From NCBI RefSeq assembly GCF_022846255.1, contig NZ_AP025682.1: a stretch of DNA of 64,000 bases, one strand, 5' to 3'. Source of the DNA: Escherichia coli (GTDB taxonomy: Bacteria > Pseudomonadota > Gammaproteobacteria > Enterobacterales > Enterobacteriaceae). Made by a program: the position numbers and the translations under genes. This document shows positions 39,333 to 47,197 of the stretch, piece by piece; the first letter of the stretch is position 1, and every line of letters begins with the position of its first letter. The notes under the pieces were generated by a model, which ran no database searches, had not been told where the DNA came from, and worked only from the letters and a program-made list of their open reading frames with translations.

Positions 39333-40217
39333 GGGATGAAGATGAGATGATTCGCAGGCCTGGGTAATAGTTGGAAAACAACGTCCGTTCCTGGCACAGA
39401 GCAGACCATCGGACTAAACTGAAGGTCCTCTCTGTGCGAGAAACGGAAGTTAGCAATTGTGATACAGACGTGGGGCATTACTCGCTTTACAGTGTGTTAA
39501 TCAATTGGAAACAGGTCAGAATTTATTGGGTGGAATGACACCTTTAAACTTCTTGCGCATCGCAAGGAATATCTCCACCAGACGGTAAGACAGTAGATTG
39601 CGCCACAAGTCCTCAGAATGCCCTTTGCTGGGTTAACCACACGTCGTAATCATCCTTCCAGTGCAGCGGATCAAGATCCGTAATGCTCATAGTCACGCGA
39701 TTTCAAATACAAGCCCAGTGGTGTTATCCGTGAGCTGGACAGTGCTTCCGGCAACATGACTGAGACAGACAAAAAATCAGTTAGTACAGCATTGACTCAG
39801 GTTGAGCAGGAGTTAAAACAAACTGGGCTGGAGCAGTAGAAGCCTGCAGTGAATTCCCTGAATCAGGCGATTAAGTTGGCTTAAGAGTCCGTGTATGCCA
39901 TGTGCCGCGAGATGTCGTGCTATACGTGAAAGTCAGCGATATATATCGTTTTGAAGATGATTTAGGTTACGGGAGTGTCTCTGGGTGATGTATTACTTCA
40001 TCGACATCGGCTACGCACGGGTTGCCGCGATGCAGCGGATGGAAGCTGTCTGGGAAAAGAAAGCTCCGCTTGCTAATATTAGTACATCCGATGAAAAATC
40101 GTGTGTGAAAGTTGCAGATTCGTAATATACTAATGAAGAATGGAGATGTATTTTATATAATAAAAACATCTAAGTAGAGCTTTTTATTTTAAATCCTTCA
40201 TTATTACTGGAGATTTT

Positions 40218-41996
40218 ATGGGTTTTTATAATGACGCACTGAGTAAAATATATAGTGAAGATGATGATTTCCTAATTATAGGATTAACAGGGAGGACGGG
40301 GTCAGGCTGTTCAACAGTTTCTAATATACTGTCATCAGAATCAAGTGAGATAAAGCATTCTCTATTTAACGGTGATTACCCTAAGTCGAATGAAGAAAGA
40401 AAAGAGCGGGTTCTATTTAAATATTTTTCCGTGTCATGGGTTCCATTTATAAAGATACAAGCAAGTTCCATACTGACATTGTGTTTATCAAAGGACTTTG
40501 ATGGTAAGCTGAATAAATTTATTCGGGAAGTGACGGAGTTAGGTAATGACCAAAGAATCCTAGAGTCAACAGTTAATGATCTTGAATCTATACTAAAAGA
40601 AATTAAAGCTAAAGATGAAAGCTCTGATCATGATATAGATGATAAGATAAAATTCATAAATGAATATCTAATAAAAGCGAATACACAAATTAAATCCATA
40701 TTTAAGAACAAGGCTGACTATATAAAACTATATCAAGCTATAGGTAATAATTATAGATCTAGTGGGATGTACCATGACAGTTCATTTAGTGATGATTTCC
40801 ATGGTTTTTTTCTTCCTAAAAAAATAAATGATATAATTCAAAGATTAAGAACCTTAGCAAAAGAAAAGAACACAAAAACTGGAGAAAAGAAACCTATTTA
40901 TATAGTTATTGATGCTATAAGAAATCCGTTCGAAGCAACATACTTCCAAGATAGATACTCATCATTTTATTTAATGGCTGTTTCTACAGAAGAGCATTAC
41001 AGGCATCAAAGGCTTAGAGAACAAGGTTTAACTGATGCTGAGATAAAAGATATTGATGCAAAAGAATACCGTAAATCATCTTTGGATGAGAAGTCATCAT
41101 ATATATATCAGAATATACAGTCTTGTTTAGAAATATCAGACATCTATGTTGAGAATCCGGAAGAGGAAAATGTTGTTTGTCGGTACTCAGGATTGGCTAA
41201 TCAATTAATTAAATTCACTTCATTAATGAAGCGTCCCGGTATAATAACTCCATCAAATGTTGAACGTTGCATGCAGATAGCATATACAGCTAAGTTGAAC
41301 TCTGGTTGTATATCCAGGCAGGTAGGCGCTGCAGTATCTGATAGTTCATTTTCAATTAAGTCTATTGGTTGGAATGATGTACCAAGTGGTCAAGTTCCTT
41401 GCTCTTTAAGGGATAGGTTTGATTTGTCTGAGGGGATTGATGATATTGCTTACTCTGAATTCGAAAAGAACGAAAATAGTTTCATTCGAAAAATAGATAG
41501 CACTAAGATTATTTTTTTAGATGTTAAAAATAAAGGAATGAGAGCTCCATTTTGTTTTAAAACAGAATGGAATAATATCCTTGATGATAAATACAAAGAA
41601 GATCTACGGGTCGAGCATAAGTTAAATGATGATGAGTTTGCTATTATTGACAAAATAAAGTCTAACGCTAATCAAGTTTTTACAAGATCACTTCATGCTG
41701 AAGAGAATGCTTTCTTACAAATATCTAAGTATGGTGGCGTTGGTATACAGAATGGTTTTTTGTTCACAACAGCAAGCCCTTGTGAATTATGTTCTAAAAA
41801 AGCGTATCAATTAGGGATCAAACAAATATATTACATAGATCCATACCCTGGTATAGCAATGAGGAATATTTTAAACGCAGGGAGCAATAAACCATTGCTT
41901 AAGCTTTTCAATGGTGCAATAGGTAAGGCATTCCATAATTTTTACACGCCAAGAATGGCTTATAAAGATGAGCTTTCAGCAAGATCTAGGGGGTGA
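40218..41996 (+). CDS. Two-domain P-loop NTPase / dCMP-cytidine deaminase protein (AvcD / kinase-Dcd-like anti-phage candidate)
   Basis: 592-aa ORF with GGAG Shine-Dalgarno. N-terminus has Walker-A-like GLTGRTGSGCST. C-terminus has HAEENA (about 41694) and PCELC (about 41778) zinc-binding deaminase motifs. Strongly AT-rich, with about 0.8 kb non-coding on each side. Confidence 0.7.
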   Translation: MGFYNDALSKIYSEDDDFLIIGLTGRTGSGCSTVSNILSSESSEIKHSLFNGDYPKSNEERKERVLFKYFSVSWVPFIKIQASSILTLCLSKDFDGKLNKFIREVTELGNDQRILESTVNDLESILKEIKAKDESSDHDIDDKIKFINEYLIKANTQIKSIFKNKADYIKLYQAIGNNYRSSGMYHDSSFSDDFHGFFLPKKINDIIQRLRTLAKEKNTKTGEKKPIYIVIDAIRNPFEATYFQDRYSSFYLMAVSTEEHYRHQRLREQGLTDAEIKDIDAKEYRKSSLDEKSSYIYQNIQSCLEISDIYVENPEEENVVCRYSGLANQLIKFTSLMKRPGIITPSNVERCMQIAYTAKLNSGCISRQVGAAVSDSSFSIKSIGWNDVPSGQVPCSLRDRFDLSEGIDDIAYSEFEKNENSFIRKIDSTKIIFLDVKNKGMRAPFCFKTEWNNILDDKYKEDLRVEHKLNDDEFAIIDKIKSNANQVFTRSLHAEENAFLQISKYGGVGIQNGFLFTTASPCELCSKKAYQLGIKQIYYIDPYPGIAMRNILNAGSNKPLLKLFNGAIGKAFHNFYTPRMAYKDELSARSRG

Positions 41997-42797
41997 AAAT
42001 ATTGATACAGGTAAAGGCAACGAACCAGAAATGCTCGAGACTATTCTGGCTAAGTCTGCCGGGCGATAAGCACGAGTGCATATGCTGTTCCAAAAGTCTT
42101 CTATTCAATAAATTACGAAGTGCTAACTAACTGACCATGTACAATAAGAACAAATCGCCTTGAATTGCTCTTGATTGAATGGTGAAGAATTATGAGGGTG
42201 ATAGTCCTTACCACCCTCAATTAAAATTAAAGGTATTTACGTGAGAAATTTTTCTTAACCACACTACTAATAAAACTATTTAGTCCATGCCCATCCTGGG
42301 CTAGCGCTTTCATCTTAGAGACCGTTGAAGCACCCAGTTTTGTAGAATCGTAACGTATTTCCATCCATCTTTAAACTGTACTGTGATAACATCGGGAGTA
42401 ATCTCATAAAACACTATTCCCGAATTACCGCCTTAATTAGCATAAGTTGGCATTTTTAATTCTTATTAAATTATTGCAGCAAGTCGCTGCACTCTAGTCA
42501 TATGACCCCATGCTAAACCTAATTGTTGAGCTAAGTCATAATTTCGATTATTTGATGAACGTAAGTTATTTGACAGGCAGAATTAACCATACACAGTAAT
42601 ATCCGTTTCTGGCACATAGCAGTCCTATAGATAGTGGCATACAGTCATAGATGGTCGATTGGAGGAGGTGCAAATTCTCCCATACAAAAAATACGTAAAA
42701 TCAATAACAGCTGGAAATTATTTAATAATCAAATTATCGGAAGTTCACCAGCCAGCCGCAGTATTCTGCCACGACAAGTTGCTGCGGCTTTTTATGT

Positions 42798-43085
42798 TTA
42801 ACGGATAAACAGCCAGACCAGCAGACACGCCACCGCGGGCACCGCAAAATCCATCAGACTTGCCACATCCCATGCACGAGGATCAAAACCGCCCCACCAC
42901 GGCATGTTAATCCGCTTGCCATGCCCGAACATTTCAATCCAGCGATATTCTGCCTGGGTGTGTTCACGCGCAATGAAGAACGTACAACCGGCTATCGCCC
43001 CGTAAGCCCAGTTTCCGGTAAAAAGACCAATCAGTAGCTGCGCAGCCACAGCACAAAGTGCATGAAGGAAAGGTGTTATATCCAT
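42798..43085 (-). CDS. Small hydrophobic hypothetical protein (prophage tail-fibre-distal region)
   Basis: Start placed at the ATG preceded by AAAGGAGGA (MDITPFLHAL...). Two predicted hydrophobic segments. Function unknown. Confidence 0.5.
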   Translation of the reverse strand: MDITPFLHALCAVAAQLLIGLFTGNWAYGAIAGCTFFIAREHTQAEYRWIEMFGHGKRINMPWWGGFDPRAWDVASLMDFAVPAVACLLVWLFIR

Positions 43086-43098
43086 TACTCCTCCTTTA

Positions 43099-43800
43099 TC
43101 AGATATCACTTCGGGAAGTTGATAACAACTTTAATTCTGACTCAAGTTCATCAACTCTTTCAGTCAGTTTCTGGATATGGTGAATCAGTGGAACAACCAG
43201 ACGTTCGTACATTACACCTTCGACAACAAGGCCATTGCTGGAAATAGCTTCAGGAGCATCATCTTCGTTAGCTGGTCGCCAGTGTACAAACTGAGGAGCA
43301 ATTTCTCCCACTTCCTCGGCAATCAATCCGTAGAATCCCCAGTCACTCCTGTCATTTTCGCATTGCGACCTGTACCACACAGGGCGCATCCTGAAAATGA
43401 GATCGGCGTGCTCTGAATCTATTGTCTCTACTGAATGTTTATAGCGAATAGACGATGTTGACCGCAGTACAGACGAAATTGCAGGGTCAGGATTAAGATA
43501 AAGATTTGCCGCCGCTGTAGTCGTGCCCAATTCCCATAAATAAAACGCTTCACGGCCAGTCAGCGGGTAAAAATCTCCACCATAACGACCGCTTTCCAGA
43601 TCGTTCACTTCCAGTTTGTTTTTCAGCTTATTATCAACTTCAGTTTTTGTGTATCTGGTGCTGATATCCTGCTTTGCACTGGTCATATCAGTCTGAAGCG
43701 TTGATACTTTTCCGTTAATTGAGGAAATATCTTCCTTAGTTTTACTGACATCTCCCTTTAGCGTGGTGATATCTCCTGGAATTACTGTCGATGTAGCCAT
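43099..43800 (-). CDS. Tail-fibre-associated protein with C-terminal intramolecular-chaperone-like domain
   Basis: 233-aa ORF with coiled-coil-like N-terminal half and C-terminal segment (GLIAEEVGEIAPQFV...ERLVVPLIHHIQKL) resembling the Peptidase_S74 / tail-fibre chaperone domain. Downstream of stf. Confidence 0.55.
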   Translation of the reverse strand: MATSTVIPGDITTLKGDVSKTKEDISSINGKVSTLQTDMTSAKQDISTRYTKTEVDNKLKNKLEVNDLESGRYGGDFYPLTGREAFYLWELGTTTAAANLYLNPDPAISSVLRSTSSIRYKHSVETIDSEHADLIFRMRPVWYRSQCENDRSDWGFYGLIAEEVGEIAPQFVHWRPANEDDAPEAISSNGLVVEGVMYERLVVPLIHHIQKLTERVDELESELKLLSTSRSDI

Positions 43801-43809
43801 TTGTCTCCC

Positions 43810-44091
43810 TCACATCCAGCCACGAAGTTGATGCTCAACAACAACCGCATATTTATCGAATATTGACGATTTTTTTGCATCATTAATGATGCGCACGTTT
43901 ACAAAATATCCGTCTTCCTTAACACATACCGGTTCGCCATCTTCAGTCAGTTCTCCGGTTTCTTTGTACACGTTACCTATCACGTCAATAAGAATATTAT
44001 CCTGCATCGACTCGTCATCATAATAGCCAGTGCTCTCCATAAAGGCCGAAAAGTCGGCCCTGTCTGCAAATTTGAGTGTTAAATCTTTCAT
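43810..44091 (-). CDS. Hypothetical 93-aa acidic protein
   Basis: ORF tightly packed between stf and the next gene. No recognisable motif. Confidence 0.45.
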   Translation of the reverse strand: MKDLTLKFADRADFSAFMESTGYYDDESMQDNILIDVIGNVYKETGELTEDGEPVCVKEDGYFVNVRIINDAKKSSIFDKYAVVVEHQLRGWM

Positions 44092-46472
44092 TAGATTGAC
44101 TCCCCCACCTGAGCATCAGTCAATGCCTTGTGCCATATTCTGAAATTCCTGACATGACCAAATAAATGACGTAACCCGGCAGTAGTCTGGCCTCCAATAC
44201 GGATAATTGCGGTGTTCTGAATACAGGACCATGTGGTTTTTGTTTCGCTGGATATACGCCCGTTACTTACTGAGCACGTAGACTGATCTGACTTTACACG
44301 CATCCCCATAACCATTTTTTCAAGCGATGCGTTTTCGTTTACCCGTCTGTTAGCTCCTCCAATATCGCAATAAGGAAATCCGTCGTAATCTGTTGAACGA
44401 CCGAAGCCAAGAATAATAGCCGCTCCGGTTTGATGACCGCCGGTGTCAAAAACACGCGGAGCTGCATTTGGCGTTTTATACCAGTTCTTATGTACCTCAC
44501 AAAGAACCGTAAAAGGAAGATTATAAAGATTATTCTTAATGGGAACTGTAACTATATCGCTTGCGCGGGTCGCCGCCGTCGTTCCTGATATAATAAAAGA
44601 TGATACACAAGGCCCATTTTCTACTTGTGGGGTGGCCAGATAAATATAGTCACCAGATACGGTTGCCCCGCCCTGCTTAGGAGAATACTGTATCTGAGAA
44701 CCTATTTTTAACTCCCCATCAATTGCCTGAATTGTTGCCTCTGCAAAAATCCATCCGGTAGCTTCGTCCTTTCTGACTCTCGCAGTAATCCTTGAGGCAG
44801 CACCGCCTGTCATATTAATTTCAAGCGTTTGTGTATCAATATACGCATCACCAAGAAAAGTTGTTGCGCTACCGTCATATTTATCAAACCGGATACGCAA
44901 CCTTACCTGCAGTTCTGTTTTAAAACGACATGAGGTTGTCACGTGTTTATTATCGCCTGAGACATCAACTGACTTTGTTGCAGCAATTGATGCCATATTA
45001 ATGGCTGAGGTTTGCCCAATCAGAGAATCGTTGCAGACAAACTTTCCATAGGTAAAACCAAAACTATCCGTCCCTGTTTCGGGCACATCCATATTTGACG
45101 ATCGCCCCCAACTGGCAGGGTTTTCCGAATTGAGCATGTAGTTTGTTCTTTGCCCCTCAATAAGCAGGCCATCACGTTCAAACCGTGGCTCGTCAATGGC
45201 AGCCTCTGTCAGCACACCAGATTTATTAATGTAAGTTGCTTTTGATGCGCGTTTAAACTTTACAACCTTATCGCCAGGCATCGTTATTTCATCATCACCA
45301 ATAACAATCTTTTTATATGACGGCGAAAAGCCCGTAATCATATCCAGTGAATCGTTAAACGGTATCCACACATCGGGAAGCGGCTGCAATACTTGTTTAT
45401 ACGGCTCCGCAGCCTGGCTTGCATACTCTCTGGCTGCGTCTTCACTTGCTTTTGCAGCCGTCTGGCTTGCAGCGGATGCTTTCGCCGAGTTAGCCGCCGC
45501 AGTCTCGCTCGCCTTTGCGTTGGTTTCACTGGTTTTTGCAGCTTTTTGACTGTTGGCTGATGCAGTGGCAGAAGCAGCCGCCGCGCTTGCAGAGCCAGCT
45601 GCAGCACTCTCGCTTTCGGCTGCTGCATCCTGACTGCTTTTCGCCGCAGTTTCACTGGCTTTGGCATTCGTTTCGCTGGTTTTCGCTGCCGTCTGGCTGG
45701 ACTTTGCGTTGGTTTCGCTGGTTTTTGCAGCTTTTTGACTGTTGGCTGATGCAGTGGCAGAAGAAGCCGCCGCACTTGCAGAACCAGCTGCAGCACTCTC
45801 GCTTTCGGCTGCTGCATCCTGACTGCTTTTCGCCGCAGTTTCACTGGCTTTGGCATTCGTTTCGCTGGTTTTCGCTGCCGTCTGGCTGGACTTTGCGTTG
45901 GTTTCGCTCGTCTTTGCGGCTGTCTCGCTGTTTTTCGCATTGGTTTCTGATTTTTTGGCTGCTGTCGCGGAGTTTGCCGATGCAGTCTGTGAGGTCGCTG
46001 CCGCCTGTGCGCTGTTAGCTGCATTCGTTTCTGAGGTTTTCGCCGCGTTCTTCGATGATGCCGCTGCAGTTTCGGATTTCTTTGCCGCCGCTGCGCTCTG
46101 AGAGGCGGCTTCGGCGTTGCGTGCCGCTTCTTCCACCATTTCCTGAAAACGGCGCAATGCCTCCGGCATGACATCATCTTCCGTCATGGCACCGAGAAAA
46201 TCATTCAGCGTCCCCGGACTGGAACCTTCATAGACGGTAATGGTCCCAACATGTGATGGCTGAGAACCCTCAATCCACAGGATGACGCTGTACTGACCAT
46301 ACTCAACGTCCATACTGTAACGCCCGGCTTCATCAGGATTTTCAGAGGTCACCGTGTTCACCAATACCGTGGTGCTGTTACGCTTTGCCTTCAGTTGAAT
46401 AGTGCAGTTCTGTATTGGTTTTCCCGCACCATCTTTCAGCACACCTGAGATTTTTACTGCTGCCATATCCAC
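44091..46472 (-). CDS. stf: Lambda-like side tail fibre protein Stf
   Basis: N-terminus MAAVKISGVLKDGAGKPIQNCTIQLKAKRNSTTVLVNTVTSENPDEAGRYSMDVEYGQYSV matches lambda Stf. Long Ala/Ser/Thr/Lys-rich repeat region and a divergent C-terminal domain. Confidence 0.9.
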   Translation of the reverse strand: MDMAAVKISGVLKDGAGKPIQNCTIQLKAKRNSTTVLVNTVTSENPDEAGRYSMDVEYGQYSVILWIEGSQPSHVGTITVYEGSSPGTLNDFLGAMTEDDVMPEALRRFQEMVEEAARNAEAASQSAAAAKKSETAAASSKNAAKTSETNAANSAQAAATSQTASANSATAAKKSETNAKNSETAAKTSETNAKSSQTAAKTSETNAKASETAAKSSQDAAAESESAAAGSASAAASSATASANSQKAAKTSETNAKSSQTAAKTSETNAKASETAAKSSQDAAAESESAAAGSASAAAASATASANSQKAAKTSETNAKASETAAANSAKASAASQTAAKASEDAAREYASQAAEPYKQVLQPLPDVWIPFNDSLDMITGFSPSYKKIVIGDDEITMPGDKVVKFKRASKATYINKSGVLTEAAIDEPRFERDGLLIEGQRTNYMLNSENPASWGRSSNMDVPETGTDSFGFTYGKFVCNDSLIGQTSAINMASIAATKSVDVSGDNKHVTTSCRFKTELQVRLRIRFDKYDGSATTFLGDAYIDTQTLEINMTGGAASRITARVRKDEATGWIFAEATIQAIDGELKIGSQIQYSPKQGGATVSGDYIYLATPQVENGPCVSSFIISGTTAATRASDIVTVPIKNNLYNLPFTVLCEVHKNWYKTPNAAPRVFDTGGHQTGAAIILGFGRSTDYDGFPYCDIGGANRRVNENASLEKMVMGMRVKSDQSTCSVSNGRISSETKTTWSCIQNTAIIRIGGQTTAGLRHLFGHVRNFRIWHKALTDAQVGESI
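45530..45890. repeat. Tandem direct repeat (about 180 bp x 2) inside stf
   Basis: Near-identical 180-nt units starting about 45538 and 45718, encoding a repeated 60-aa Ala/Ser/Thr/Lys-rich block. Confidence 0.75.
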
Positions 46473-46530
46473 TCCACAAAAAAGCCCGCCTGAACCGGCG
46501 GGCTGTCATAACACTGTGTTACCTGGCTAA

Positions 46531-47130
46531 TCAGAACTTATAACCGACACCCACGATGAAACCGTCAGTGCGCCAGTCGCCACTGCCGGAGCCTTCATAA
46601 GCAATATCAATGGCCACGGATTCGGTCGGGTTAAACTGCACGCCAGCTCCCCACGCCAGAGACGTGTTGCTGTGGCGATCGTCATCACTTCCGGTCAGCA
46701 CATCGTGCGTTTTCCCCTTGTTGTCAGTTACGCGGAGATAATCCCCGGAGAACGTCGAAACACGGCTGTAAGCCACACCTGCCATCGCATAAGCACTGAA
46801 CCATTCATTCACGCGTACAGATGGCCCCGCCATCATGCTGAACCAGCGGTTACGCACTGAATCTTCATGCCAGCGGGTATCGCTGTAATGCGTTTTTTGC
46901 TCATCTTTGGCATTGGCATAACTGAATGACGTCACCAGCCCCAGCGTGTCCGTAAACTCATAACGGTATTTCACGTTAATCCCGTTCAGATCATCGCTGC
47001 CTGGCATATCAGTATGGGTCTGAAGATACCCGGCGCTTAGTGTGGACTGATGCTCTGCTGCGCTTGCTGGCGTACCAGCGGCAACCAGCCAGACTACTGC
47101 GGACAGAATAACAGCACATAATTTACGCAT
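46531..47130 (-). CDS. lom: Lom outer-membrane protein (Ail/PagC/OmpX family)
   Basis: 199-aa ORF with signal peptide and beta-barrel character, between J and stf as in lambda. Confidence 0.9.
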   Translation of the reverse strand: MRKLCAVILSAVVWLVAAGTPASAAEHQSTLSAGYLQTHTDMPGSDDLNGINVKYRYEFTDTLGLVTSFSYANAKDEQKTHYSDTRWHEDSVRNRWFSMMAGPSVRVNEWFSAYAMAGVAYSRVSTFSGDYLRVTDNKGKTHDVLTGSDDDRHSNTSLAWGAGVQFNPTESVAIDIAYEGSGSGDWRTDGFIVGVGYKF

Positions 47131-47197
47131 AATTACCTCTCGCTTTTCTGCAATAAAAAAGGCGTCATTTCTGACGCCCGTATTGGGGTTATAAAAT

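Noticed and set aside
42753-42793. Possible rho-independent terminator after the deaminase islet (gccgcag ... ctgcggc TTTTT)
   Set aside because: The stem is short and the loop about 20 nt, too weak to call from sequence alone.
45530-45890. Possible CRISPR array (regularly spaced repeats)
   Set aside because: Only two long (180 bp) units with no short unique spacers, lying inside a coding frame; this is a coding tandem duplication. No CRISPR-like arrays were seen elsewhere in the window.
45338-46177. 279-aa Arg/Lys/Gln-rich ORF on the minus strand in another frame of stf, plus plus-strand ORFs at 45515-46018 and 45850-46101
   Set aside because: All lie inside the stf tandem-repeat region; their repetitive low-complexity sequence is an alternate-frame artefact of the repeat.
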